NCBI GenBank assembly: GCA_964016885.1
Contig: OZ024757.1
Span: forward strand, 13,454,001-13,518,000
Source: Eledone cirrhosa
Lineage: Eukaryota
DNA: 64,000 nt
Reading direction: 5' to 3'
Position numbers and translations under genes: made by a program. This document shows, one piece after another, positions 39,730 through 53,207 of this stretch. The first letter of the stretch is position 1, and every line of letters starts with the position of its first letter. The notes under the pieces are model-generated. The model saw only the letters and a program-made list of their open reading frames with translations. It was not told where the DNA came from and did no database searches.

Positions 39730-39935
39730 GGAAATTAAAAAATCGGAGAATAGACCGTTAAAACATGTTTATTTAAAACAGCACCTACGTATGTTTCGCC
39801 CAGTTGGGCTTCTCAAGGGCATAAATAATCACAAGTGTTCCTTATATTGCTCGGAAAGAGTTTTTGGGGTTAAATCCACATCAAGGTTCATTGCTCGCAA
39901 AAATATCTTGTTTTGATTTGGCAGCAGGTCAAGGG
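39730..39935 (-). mobile_element. Possible PLE 3' end with an HHR-like variant
   Basis: Minus strand reads gcc-CTTGAGAA-gccc(aact)gggc-GAAAC-atac-GTA-ggtg (39782-39820), followed by AATAAA. Confidence 0.4.
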
Positions 39936-40177
39936 AGGTAACTCTGGCCGGTGTTAGGGCAGTCTTTCCCGGAGAATTTTTTTTTTTTTTTTTGCCGCAT
40001 CTGTTTGTCTGAGGCTGGGTCTGGTATGCAAGGATAGTTTCCCGGGTGTTATTTTGCAGCGCCTGCCCGCCGGGGTGTTAAGACTTGTTGCAGTGAGATC
40101 CGGTTGTATGTAAATATTATATATATACATATATATATATATACATATATATATATACATACATATACATATATATA

Positions 40178-40614
40178 AACGAACAGCAATGTTGCATGGC
40201 AGTGAGACCTGGGCATTGTGTGCAGAGGATATATGCAGACTAGAGAGGAGCGAAGCTTGCATGCTCCGCTGGATGTGTAACAGTAATATACGCGAACGGC
40301 AAAGCATAAATGAACTAAGGAAAAAATTTGAAATAAGAGGGATCAGATGTTGTTTACTCGAGAGAAGGCTACGTTGGTATGGTCACGTGATGCACATGAA
40401 AGACGACAGCTGTATAACAAAGTGCAGGGCAATAAAGATAGATGGTAGCCACGCAGTAGGCAGACCCAGAAAAACCTGGGATGAGCTGATAAATTCCGAC
40501 CTCACACACTTACACCTCTCCAAGACAATGTCACTGGACCGAGACCTTTGGCGGTACTCAGTAACAGAGAAGACCCGCGTTACCTAAATACAAAGTAAAA
40601 CCTACTACAGTCAG
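40178..40614 (+). mobile_element. RTE LINE C-terminal fragment
   Basis: ORF 40189-40587, MLHGSETW...EKTRVT. Confidence 0.92.
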
Positions 40615-41204
40615 TTTAAATCATTTATTTGCTTACAATTGTTTCCTCCAAACCGAGGTTTGGATTCTTCGGAGCAACTATTTAGTGATCTATAACATAC
40701 TTGACCTCCTTTTCAACACAAGAGACATATAAAAACATATGCACATATTGATCCACAGTGGGATGACATCCATCAAAATGATATAGCATGGCAATTTACA
40801 TATAAAGGTTAAAGGATAAAGATAAAAATAAAAATAAAAATAAAAATGAAGCATTGGCAGTCTATGAAGATAAAGCAAGAGGAAAGTTTAGAGTAGTCAG
40901 TGTATGAAACAATCTCACGTGGGATTGTTTCTGGAAATATTCATTAGTTAATCAAAGCAAGACCACAAATTTCACAAGGAAGATATTATTAAAACATATT
41001 TTAGTTTGATGTAAGGAATGTAGAGAATAATAATAATAATATTAATAATAATAATGTCCGTTTACAATTGTTTCGCTACTCCATATAATATTTCTGGATC
41101 AGATAACTATATATCATAATTGATCTGGTTTATTTGAAAATAATTAACATATTTAAAAGACAGAGCAGATCATCGGAACTTCAAAGGAATATTAATTAAA
41201 ATAA

Positions 41205-41310
41205 TTGTTTCTACGTTAGGCACAAGGCCAGCAATTACCTAGTGTATTACTGGTACTTTATTTTATCGACCCCGTAAGGATGAAAGGCAAAGTTAACCTC
41301 GGCGGGATAT
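41205..41310 (-). mobile_element. SINE fragment
   Basis: Same core as the copies at 15665 and 60380. Confidence 0.8.
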
Positions 41311-41801
41311 AAATTAAAATAATGAGAGAATGTTACATAATATAGTGTTCTATATATTGGTTTTTACTATGGTGTCTTGGTTGCATCAGTTGTCAGCCAT
41401 AATCCAGCAGTATTCATCTGTCGAGGCTGCATTGTTTGAGATCTGCCTATGGGTAACAAGATGGCTGCCAAAGGGCATATTTACCTTACTAATTAGAGGG
41501 TGGTTTCAGGGGAAGTAACTCCTCGAGAGATTAGAAATTGTGGGTATTTATAGTTAAGTGCTAATTTTTTAATTTTTTTAATTGAGAGACAATGTAGGGG
41601 AGGTAACTTATAATTATCCAAGTTGTTCATAGCAATTTAACTTATTAACTACAAGTAAAAATGAGGCTAGATGACTAAGTTGGGTCAAATATTCTATTGG
41701 CGAAGGAATTGGCCCTTCGATGTTGACAGCTAATAGTTACCTCCGTTCTATCGTTAATCGGCAGAGGTCGTGATAGAGTTATGTAATATGCTTTCGTAAT
41801 A

Positions 41802-42001
41802 NNNNNNNNNNNNNNNNNNNNNNNNNNNNNNNNNNNNNNNNNNNNNNNNNNNNNNNNNNNNNNNNNNNNNNNNNNNNNNNNNNNNNNNNNNNNNNNNNNN
41901 NNNNNNNNNNNNNNNNNNNNNNNNNNNNNNNNNNNNNNNNNNNNNNNNNNNNNNNNNNNNNNNNNNNNNNNNNNNNNNNNNNNNNNNNNNNNNNNNNNNN
42001 N
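41802..42001. other. Assembly gap (200 N)
   Basis: Run of N. Confidence 1.
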
Positions 42002-42035
42002 ATATATATTATATATTATATATATTTTATATATA

Positions 42036-42079
<44 letters not shown>

Positions 42080-42105
42080 ATATTATATATATATTTATAT
42101 ATATA

Positions 42106-42159
<54 letters not shown>

Positions 42160-42870
42160 TATATATTTATATATATATAATATTATATATATTTATATAT
42201 TATAATATTATATATATTTATATATTTATATATATATAATATTATATATATTTATATATTATAATATTATATATATTTATATATATATATATATAATATT
42301 ATATATATTTATATATAATATTATATATATTTATATATTATAATATTATATATATTTATATATATATATATATATATATAATATTATATATATTTATATA
42401 TTATAATATTATATATATTTATATATATATATATAATATTATATATATTTATATATTATAATATTATACATATTTATATATATTTATATATTATAATATT
42501 ATATATATTTATATATATATATAATATTATATATATTTATATATTATAATATTATATATATATAATATATATATATATTATATAATATATATATATATAT
42601 ATATATAAACGGAAAAAAATGAAACGAAATTTCATTTCCCACTCTTAGTACGGCTGTTACTTAAATATAAGTATGTTTACGTACATATATATATGTATAC
42701 AGACGTACAGTAGTATGTATATATATATACATACATGCACACATATATATGTACGTATGGATTCATCGAACATTTATTATAATGCTCGCTGTGTTTGTAA
42801 ACAAACATCCCGTATTAAGCCGTAGGGTCCAGCAACCATCGTTGCTCGTTTGTTCAACACTGACAAAGGA

Positions 42871-42913
42871 ACGCTGTACTAGTTTCAAGCTTATTAGCTA
42901 TCGTCAGCAACGT
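42871..42913 (-). ncRNA. Minimal type I hammerhead ribozyme
   Basis: Reverse complement is identical to the 17112-17154 motif. Confidence 0.75.
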
Positions 42914-43225
42914 ATACCTTCCTGCCAGATTGTTGAACGTATATACTTACCTTATGCATATTAACGGCTGAGTAGCCCAATCTGCATATCGAGTGGGTTA
43001 ATCGGCCGGGTGCACCGAAAACGATAAACGGAAAAATGAAACGAAATTTCATTTCCCACTCTTAGTACGGCTGTTACTTAAATATAAGTATGTACACGTA
43101 CATACATATATGTATACAGACGTACAGTAGTATGTATATATATATACATACATGCACACATATATATATGTACGTTAATATGCATAAGGTAAGTATATAC
43201 GTTCAACAATCTGGCAGGAAGGTAT

Positions 43226-43268
43226 ACGTTGCTGACGATAGCTAATAAGCTTGAAACTAGTACAGCGT
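43226..43268 (+). ncRNA. Minimal type I hammerhead ribozyme
   Basis: acgttg-CTGACGA-tagctaataagctt-GAAAC-ta-GTA-cagcgt. Confidence 0.75.
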
Positions 43269-43473
43269 TCCTTTGTCAGTGTTGAACAAACGAGCAACGA
43301 TGGTTGCTGGACACTACGGCTTAATACGGTATGTTTGTTTACAAACACCGAGCATTATAATAAATGTTCGATGAATCCATACGTACATATATATATGTGT
43401 GCATGTATGTATATATATATATATATACATACTACTGTACGTCTGTATACATATATGTATGTACGTGTACATA

Positions 43474-43515
<42 letters not shown>

Positions 43516-43545
43516 TATTATATATATATATATATATATATGTAC

Positions 43546-43585
<40 letters not shown>

Positions 43586-43634
43586 TATTATATATATATA
43601 TGTACATATTATATATATATGTACATATATATAT

Positions 43635-43682
<48 letters not shown>

Positions 43683-44072
43683 TATTATGTATATATATAT
43701 ATGTACATATTATATATATGTACATATTATGTATATATATATGTACATATTATGTATATATATATATGTACAGATTATATATATGTACATATTATGTATA
43801 TATATATGTACATATTATATATATGTACATATTATGTATATATATATATATGTACATATTATATATATGTACATATTATGTATATATATATATATGCACA
43901 TATTATATATATATATGGACATATATATATATATGTACATATATATATATATATGTACATATTATGTATATATATATATATATATATATGTACATATATA
44001 TATATGTACATATATATATATGTACATATTATGTATATATATATATATATGTACATATATATATATGTGTAC

Positions 44073-44104
<32 letters not shown>

Positions 44105-44590
44105 CGTATATGTACCTACTATATATATATATATATATATTTATATATACTTATTATATATATATATATACGATATATTAACAAATGGAAACTATATTTA
44201 TAAAACCATATCTATTTCATTATACATATTTCAAGGACGCTAAGTTAAATTATGGTGTGCTTTCATCAGATAAAATATAATATAGATCAGTTTTATAAAT
44301 AAATATTGACATACCCTTAAAGAATGTTAATATATTGTATTTTTACTCCAATAATTTGTTGAGTGCTTTATATCAGTTATAAAAATATTTGCTTGTTGTA
44401 TCCCAACAATTTAAATAGAACTTCTACATATATATATATATATAGTATTTTCCGTAGTGTTGTAATATGAATATTACACACAGTAGATGAACAGCTCACG
44501 TAGGGTTTGCTCGACGGTTCCAGTTGTAGTTTCAAAAGTAATCCGGAGAAAATAGAAGGATTTAAATGGATACAGTTCAGTAAAAGGAAT

Positions 44591-44711
44591 TTATTGACAC
44601 GTGTTTCAATAACAGTTATATTACCTGAAAACAGCTGCTATCTACAAAGTATTAATTATGCAGACACTCAATATTTCAATGTTATTTTCAACTATCATTT
44701 CATCAGAATAA
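44591..44711 (-). ncRNA. Type I HHR with enlarged stem II (inverted pLTR copy)
   Basis: Reverse complement of the 48043-48160 motif. Confidence 0.7.
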
Positions 44712-44971
44712 TCTCATTGAGAACTTGTTTGGTTTTTATAGAGAATATTAAGAGGGAGGAGTGAAGTTGTTAGAAGAATAGTTAAGGGAGTGGATAGAAA
44801 TTGTTGATAGCAGTGGGTAATTAGATTCCCATCTGTTGTTTTGACATTTTTATAGAATACATTATTTGGCGTTGGTTATATTTCTAAATCTATAGAAGGA
44901 TTAGAGATAGTAAAGATATGCATGGTTGGTTTTGTGTTTGCACTTAATTAACATACAGACTTGAATTTTTC

Positions 44972-47265
44972 ATACCAACCCAAGGTAAAAAGGAATACTT
45001 GTTGAGTATGATACAAAAAACAAATGAATTCATTCGACGTGTCCGGTGGAAAACGCTCCACTATGATAGAAGCCGTATGAACTCACCATGAGAAAGTGGT
45101 GTAAACAACAAATTCGGTTTTAGAACGTGTAAAAACCCACCCACCAACCCACTATTAGATGCATTTGAGCAGGACCTTATGAACTTAATCCTTAAAATTA
45201 AATTCAAAGGACGTAACACCAACAACAAACTGCAGAAAGATATTAAGAAACTACTGGACGACCTTAAAAACACCAAAGGAACTGTAGTAAAAGCGGACAA
45301 AACATCTAACCTGTATACTATGGACTGCACTACATATAACAACTTCAATCGAAAAGAACTACATAAAAAATATAGAAAAACGAGTGAAGTAACCCTTAAG
45401 CACATCAATGATGAGGCATGCGAAATAGTGAAAAATCTCGGAATCGAAGATAGGACAGGACCCCTCTTACCGGCGGTACCCACCTTCAATCTTAAGGACC
45501 ATAAGGTAAACTTTGATAATGATCCTAAAATTAGACTAATCTGCCCCTCTAAATCAGATATAGGTAAAATAAGCAAATATATCTTAGATAGAATCATCCC
45601 CCAAATTAAGGCTAAGGTTAACATTAAACTCTGGGGGAAGACCCAAGAAGCAATTAGAAGGTTTAATAGCATTAGCAATAAGAATAAATCTAAGTTTATC
45701 CAGTTTGATATCGACGAATATTACTCATCGATATCACCTGAAACTCTGAATAGAGCCATTGAGTTTGCTAAGGATAACTCTGACAAATGAAGAAATTAAG
45801 ATTATATTAGAAGCTAGGAAAACTATAGTCAAATTTGAGAACAGTTATTGGGTTCGTAAAGATAGACCCTCCAACTTTGACATAACAATGGGCTCTAACG
45901 ATTCGGCGGAAATAACTGATATTGTGGGGTTATTTATCGCCTTTAAACTCCAGGAAAAATTCAGTAATCTCCACGGTGGAATATACCGCGATGATGCTCT
46001 CCTCCTAGTTAAAAACCTAAATAACCAAAAACTAGAAAAACTACGCAAAGATATAAGAAAACTACTACTCGAAATAGGACTAACTATAACATATGAACAC
46101 AACCTTAAAGTAGTTAACTTCCTGGATGTCACACTCAATTTAAACTCTGATCTGATTAAACCGTTTCATAAATTGAATGAAAATCTCAAGTACGTAAATG
46201 TTGGGTCTAACCACCCCATCTCTATAATTAAATCTATCCCTAAAAATATTTCCCTTAGAATCTCGGGTCTATCTTCTAACATACAAGTATTTAAGGAACA
46301 CGCCGAGTACTACGATAACGCCCTTAGTAAAGCAGGCTACCTCAACAAAATAAAATATATAGATGAAAACAATCAAAACACCCAAAATAAATCCCACATA
46401 GGTAGAAATAATAACACAACAACAAACCACACTTACTACCATAGTGTACACACCAGTAAACCAACAAACAAAACTAATAGAAAGCGATGCAAAGAGTACT
46501 TATGGTATAACCCTGAATACAATAGTTCCATTAGTACAAATTTACCAGTACTCTTCTTTAAAATAGTTAGGAAACATTTTCCTACATCACACAAATACCA
46601 CAAAATCCTAAACCCTACCACTATAAGACTGTCATACTCTACAGCGTTAAACCTTGAACAACACATAAAAAAGATCAATACTAGAAGGTTAAACGAAAAC
46701 ACTAAAAACTTAAGTACAAAGAACACAAAAAAAAACAGTAGACAATACACTACAGAACATAAATAAACCACACCTAAGTTCGTCCGCAATACTACTCCAG
46801 AGTAAACCTAACTACAAAACCAACGTACACAACTGTAACTGCACCTATCCTGACAATTGCCCCCTCGGCAATAACTGCCTTGAAAAAAATATCATCTATA
46901 AGTGTAGCATTAAATCCGGAGGCAACGAGTGGTATTACGTGGGATCAACGGCAACATCGTTTAAATCTCGATTATATAGGCATTCTTACTCAATAAAACA
47001 CCAGAGCCAAAGAAATGTAACAACTTTAGCAGAAAAAGCTTGGACACTCAGGGATAGCGATCAAAAGTTTACCCTAAAATGGGAGAAATTAGCTAAAACC
47101 CAAAGCTTTTCCAGGAGCCAAAATTTCTGCAAATTATGTAATCTTGAGATTTATTACATAATCACACACAACAAGAAATTGCTTAATAACAGAATTGAAC
47201 GAACATTATTCTGCCGTCACCGAACTAAAACCCTTTTTTCCCACTACAAGCTGAATATTACATAA
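44972..47265 (+). pseudogene. PLE reverse transcriptase + GIY-YIG endonuclease ORF, disrupted
   Basis: N-terminal IPT...EFIRRVRWK and KADKTSNLY. RT motifs QFDIDEYYSSI, MGS, YRDD, NFLDVTL. C-terminal CNC-CPL-CL...IIY...YVGST...CKLC...CRH. One TGA at 45089 and frameshifts near 45780 and 46730. Confidence 0.9.
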
Positions 47266-47536
47266 ACGAGGGACATCCTCCTAACTATACAAATCCTCAA
47301 TCTAGTTAGAAAAATATAAAAACAATCACTTCTCAACATATATATGTACTATTAATAACCTTAAATTATCACACTAATAATGGATAAATATGCTGGTGCG
47401 AATATGCTATAATGAATGTGTCTAAAAGCGACCATATGTATGTATATATGTGAAAATGTATATAAATAAGTAAATAAGTGGGTGAGTGTATATATATATA
47501 ATGTTTGATGTGTATAATTAAATGTATGTGTATTCA

Positions 47537-47570
<34 letters not shown>

Positions 47571-48042
47571 CATACATGAATGCGTATGTATGTACATATA
47601 TATATGTATATATATATATATGTACATGTATATATGTATGTAAGTATGTGTATGTGTATGTGAGTGTATGTATTTGTAGAGGTGTGTATATATGTATGTG
47701 TGTGAATGTGTATGTTTTTTTTTTAAATAAGTATATATACACATATATCTATGTGTGGGCGAACGGATACACACACTCGAAAGAAAAATTCAAGTCTGTA
47801 TGTTAATTAAGTGCAAACACAAAACCAACCATGCATATCTTTACTATCTCTAATCCTTCTATAGATTTAGAAATATAACCAACACCAAATAATGTATTCT
47901 ATAAAAATGTCAAAACAACAGATGGGAATCTAATTACCCACTGCTATCAACAATTTCTATCCACTCCCTTAACTATTCTTCTAACAACTTCACTCCTCCC
48001 TCTTAATATTCTCTATAAAAACCAAACAAGTTCTCAATGAGA

Positions 48043-48160
48043 TTATTCTGATGAAATGATAGTTGAAAATAACATTGAAATATTGAGTGTCTGCATAATT
48101 AATACTTTGTAGATAGGTGTTTTCAGGTAATATAACTGTTATTGAAACACGTGTCAATAA
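48043..48160 (+). ncRNA. Type I HHR with an ~89-nt branched stem II and palindromic stem III
   Basis: ttatt-CTGATGA-aatgatagtt...aactgttatt-GAAAC-acgt-GTC-aataa. Stem I has 5 bp and the stem II base has 10 bp including 2 G-U pairs. Confidence 0.75.
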
Positions 48161-48241
48161 ATTCCTTTTACTGAACTGTATCCATATAAATCCTTCTATA
48201 TATATATATATATATGTACTTTATATATATATATATGTACT

Positions 48242-48275
<34 letters not shown>

Positions 48276-48307
48276 TTATTATATATATATATATATATAT
48301 ATGTACT

Positions 48308-48369
<62 letters not shown>

Positions 48370-48460
48370 ACTTATTATATATATATATATTATATATATA
48401 TATGTACTTATAATATATATATATATATATGTACTTATTATATATATATATATATGTACT

Positions 48461-48504
<44 letters not shown>

Positions 48505-48621
48505 TATATATGTACTTATATATATATATTATATATATATATGTACTTATTATATATATATAATATATATATGTACTTATTATATATATATAAATATATG
48601 TACTTATTATATATATGTGCT

Positions 48622-48703
<82 letters not shown>

Positions 48704-48836
48704 TATATGTACTTATATATATATAATATATATATATGTACTTATTATATATATATAATATATATATATGTACTTATTATATATAATATATATATATATG
48801 TACTTATTATATATATATAATATATATATATGTACT

Positions 48837-48870
<34 letters not shown>

Positions 48871-48871
48871 T

Positions 48872-48911
<40 letters not shown>

Positions 48912-48969
48912 TTATTATATATATATATATATATATTTCTGTAGAAAAGATACATCCATATTAAATTGT

Positions 48970-49038
48970 CCTTTCTGATGAACGACTTCGAACGACTCTG
49001 TTGAGGTCGCCTGTCTTCGTGAAACGTTTGGTAAATGG
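48970..49038 (+). ncRNA. HHR-like motif with extended stem II in a solo pLTR-like remnant
   Basis: ccttt-CTGATGA-acga...tcgt-GAAAC-gtttg-GTA-aatgg. Confidence 0.6.
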
Positions 49039-49065
49039 AATAATTGTATTGTATTGTTTAGTACA

Positions 49066-49130
<65 letters not shown>

Positions 49131-49269
49131 CATGCTTTACTTGTATTAACGCCTGCACCAACAGTTTTGCAAGAGATGTCAACATGAATGGACGTGTTTT
49201 TTAATCTAAAGTCATTTTTTCCAATTTCAACCCGCCCGTCCCCTCAATCTATTTTATTTCTCCTTCTTC

Positions 49270-49303
49270 CTTCTGAGGAAGGACAAGCACCCGAAACGTT
49301 AAG
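49270..49303 (+). ncRNA. Minimal HHR-like motif
   Basis: ctt-CTGAGGA-aggacaagcaccc-GAAAC-GTT-aag, with palindromic AACGTT and a weak stem II. Confidence 0.45.
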
Positions 49304-50199
49304 ACTCTCTTCCTGCGTTAACCTAATATATCCCTTCCATATACTGTACCGATTGTGTTGTTATTTCTGTTTACCTTTCACGCACACACACACACACACA
49401 CACGCACGTACGCACGTACGTATTTATAAATACATACAGGCATGTATTTATAAATTTTTAGTTATATTTATTCACGAACATATAAGCACATATCCAGGAA
49501 TTTCCGGAGACAAGACTCTGTATTAAATTGATCCCAGTATGTAACTGGTACTTTATTTTATCTGCTCTCAAAACATAAAATTCAAAATTAATGTCCGTAG
49601 TATCTGCTCTGAAAACACAAAGGTGGTCTGATGTTATTTAAAAATAAAAAATAAAAAATAAAAAATAAAAAATAAAAAATAAAAAATTGACGTTTCAATA
49701 CTTTATTTTGATATACAAGTATCTATGTATGTTGGTGGCCTAGTGGTTAAGTATGTGATGTAGTTTTGGTGTTATGTAGCGTAAGGTTTTGTCAGGAGTT
49801 CAATCTTTCACTGGGATGATATAGAATTGCTTTTAATTATTTTTTAATGGAGGAAACACTACATATACATAGCGCCATTACTTCAACTCACATCATTGTA
49901 GTTTCAAATCTTACATATGTACACATATCTATCTATGTAGGAATCAGGTTTGACAATTTACCGACACATCACACTTGGTTGGAATCTATCACACACAGAC
50001 AAACACACATGGGAATGAGGTATGACAGATTTGAAGTTATTGAGTACTACTACAGACGGAGTCAATGGAAGTTCAAATCAACCCTAGAGCGATAATAAAC
50101 AAAGGCAAGATTTACTTTATAGAAGCCCCAGAGGGATTAAAGACAAGGTCGACCCTTTCTAGTACCAATAATACTGTGAAAGTCTTGAACGCCACCTAG

Positions 50200-51000
50200 G
50201 ATCAAATCTAACACACACACACACATCGGTTGCTTCTGACAGAACCTGCTGGAAGGAGTGTTTGATGGCTCTGTCTCCACAACCCTCACCCGAAGAAAAA
50301 TGTATGACCATTGAATAACGACACTGCAGATCATCTGGATATAAGATCAAATAAACCCTAGAGAAATGAGAAACCAAATCAAAATATATTTCGTGAAAGT
50401 CCCAGACGGATAAAAATTAATGTCGACCCCTTTTTGTAGTATTAATAATATTGAGAAAGAAAACCATGAACGCCACCACATCAATTAAGCTTCGCAATAG
50501 AAAGTAGGTTTATAAATATTAATTTTCAGTCCGTTTGTGTAGTCGTCTCGGTGGCTTAATGGTAAGTGTTAGAGACGGTGGTGATCCTAGTCGGGTGTTC
50601 AATCTCGACCAGAATCCGCTATTTTTTCATTGTTCTTATGAAATAAAAAAAAAAATACTTGCCTGGGCAAGATTGAAATCGAGACCAAGATCTTCGTCAT
50701 CTCTAACACCTACCAATAGGCCACCAAGACGGATACAAAGACAAGGTGAAAATTAATATTTATAAACCTACTTAATTGACGTGGTGGTGTTCATGCCTTT
50801 CTCAGTCGAATTAATACTATAAAGGGTTGACGTTGATTTTTATTCTTCTGAGGCTTTGATAAAATAAATCTTGATTTGATATCTCATTTAGCCAGGGTTG
50901 ATTTGATCCCACAACCAGATGATCTCCATTAACGAGCTTCATTGGTCATACCTGATTACTAAATATATACATGTGTGTGTGTGTGTTAGATTTGATCCTA
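50200..51000. repeat. ~800-bp imperfect palindrome with a convergent tRNA-like pair at its centre
   Basis: GGATCAAATCTAACACAC / GTGTGTTAGATTTGATCC and GTAGGTTTATAAATATTAATTTTCA / inverse. A-box TGGCTTAATGG and B-box GTTCAATC are present. Confidence 0.75.
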
Positions 51001-53107
51001 CAGTGATGTATTGGCAATAATGCCTCTTCAGTTCTCTCATCCCTCAATCTATATATATATGTGAGTGTGTATGTATTTGTGTGTTAGATTTGATCTTACA
51101 GTGATGTGTTAGCAATAATGCCGCTTCAGTTTGAACGTACAAGGACGCTATATTTTTTTTTATGTTGTTTTTAGTTAATAAAAGTAATTTTACAATCCCA
51201 GCTAAAGATTGAAACCCTAACTACATATTATAACAACAACCACGACATAACAGTCTCCTGTTAAAAATAATCCCCTGCAATTCTTTATTTCACTGCTTCA
51301 TAAGGGAGAAAAGAGTCTCTGAGAATGTTGATAAGGTTTGACTCGGCTTTCCATGTACCACAGTATATAAATAGTAGTGTGTTCCTTAACACCAAACACG
51401 TCATGTTCACTGTTGTCGAGTACTTACCTCTCATGGTCAGTTCATTGCCAATTGGACTCCTGCAGCGATGAAGGAAGGTCGTGTCATTTTTCCTCTCTCG
51501 CAAATCATATATATTTTTATTCATTAGTTAACAATACACAAGAGAAAGAATTCACGTAAGAAAGTAAATATTTGAAAAGAAATATTTTATTACATTAAAA
51601 TACAATCAAGAATTAACGATAGAAAATTGGTGTAGAAACGTCAGTTTGTAACACTAAACGTGGAATGGACGAAGTAACAAAACAGACGAATTTGAGACAA
51701 GCTGGTGATTATAATAAGGACAATTTATTGCATCTTCAACGCCAGTACTGTCTGCTGAAAACTGAAATGAAAAATTCATTGAAAAGAAACACTTAAAAAG
51801 ACAAGTAGCAGTATTTATCGGAATATGTCTCACCATATTTTGAAAAACAAATGTTTGGATAAGAGTTAATGTGCAGGTATACTTATACATGGCTTTTGTA
51901 AACATACATATATTTATCATATTGGTATGTTTAGTGTTTAAGATACAAGCAGGTTTCCACATCGATATTTTGAGGTTACAATGCCCCAACAAAAATGCCC
52001 ACCCAACAAAAAACGGAAACGTGTAAATCTATAATTTTAAAGTGGATAAGAATGTTAAAGACGAACACAGCAAGTTGGACGATAGATATAAAACCTTCCT
52101 TTATTTAGAGAAACATGTGAAACACCACCGAAAGGAATCAGAAATTATTGAAGGAACCTCAAGAACGAAAAATAAAATACCAGAAATATTAAGAAATGTC
52201 TTGTGAAGATGGAAAACAGGAATTGTAACTTTAAAAAAAAGGGGGGGAGCCATGATAGAAATATAAAATATATTTCGGGGAGGAGTTAATATGCATATAT
52301 ATATATATATATATTATATATTATATATATATACACACAGCTATATATATATGTTTTAATTATGTTCGTACATCGAATGTACAAAATACAATAAGAATTG
52401 TAAAATAAAGAGGCGCCTCTTATACCCCTCCCCCAACGAATTGGGAATATGTATGAATTTGAATTTAAAGGTGGCTAACTATGTTAAAGAAAACACAGCA
52501 AGTCAGATGATAGGAATAATAAAATATTTCTTAACTTGTGTAAAGTCAGGTAAACTTTAAACTCTAGATAAATGAAATGAGAGATACCACTTGAACAGAA
52601 GAGATTGAAGGAATCCAGACAAGAAAAAATATAAAAGACCAGAATAATTAAGAAATCCCAACACTAGGGGAGTGAAAGCTAAGGGAAGCCATGAAATGTT
52701 ACATTATTCCAGATAAATGTAAAGCCTTGAAAATATAAATACTAGTACACTACTCTAATGTAAACACTGTAGGAAATACAATTATAGAGGAAATAAGTCA
52801 AACTGAAGATATATATATATATTTAAAATAATGAAAGCACTTGAAAGTACAGTATTCCAGAAGGAAACATTATTGTGAGGAGGGATCACCATTTTACTGC
52901 GTATAAAAATACTCTGAAGACAATAGAAAATATTTTTTCTGAAACATTTATCATTACACGGAAGAATTCTTCAAGATATGTACTAGAAATAAAAGCCTAG
53001 AGTACACGAAAGAAATATTTAAAAAGATGGACTTGAAAATATAAATTACAGAAGAAAATGTAAATATGAGGAGGAACACGCCATTATACTGCTTATAAGA
53101 GATAATT

Positions 53108-53207
53108 GTTTCTACTTTTGGCACAAGACCAGCAATTACCCCAGTACATTACTGGTACTTTAGTTTATCGACCCCGTAAGGATGAAAGGCAAAGTTAACC
53201 TCGGCTT
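53108..53207 (-). mobile_element. SINE fragment
   Basis: Same core as the copies at 15665 and 60380. Confidence 0.8.

Larger units (their letters stand above)
42607..43478. mobile_element. ~420-bp retrozyme-like unit: ~1.35 tandem copies (minus strand) plus an inverted copy (plus strand)
   Basis: Direct repeat 42607 to 43026, strand switch at ~43175, and HHRs on both strands. Confidence 0.8.
44446..48198 (+). mobile_element. Near-full-length Penelope-like element (Naiad-type) with an inverted 5' pLTR, inserted in (TA)n
   Basis: ~420-bp inverted repeat (~44552-44971 vs 47783-48198) flanks an RT + GIY-YIG coding region. Confidence 0.92.

Noticed and set aside
45089-45091. In-frame TGA as selenocysteine
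   Set aside because: It lies in a variable linker rather than at a conserved Cys, and the copy has other lesions; most likely a nonsense mutation.
51419-51450. TACTTACCT resembling the U1 snRNA 5' end
   Set aside because: The downstream sequence does not match U1 and the motif is absent from the paralogous units.
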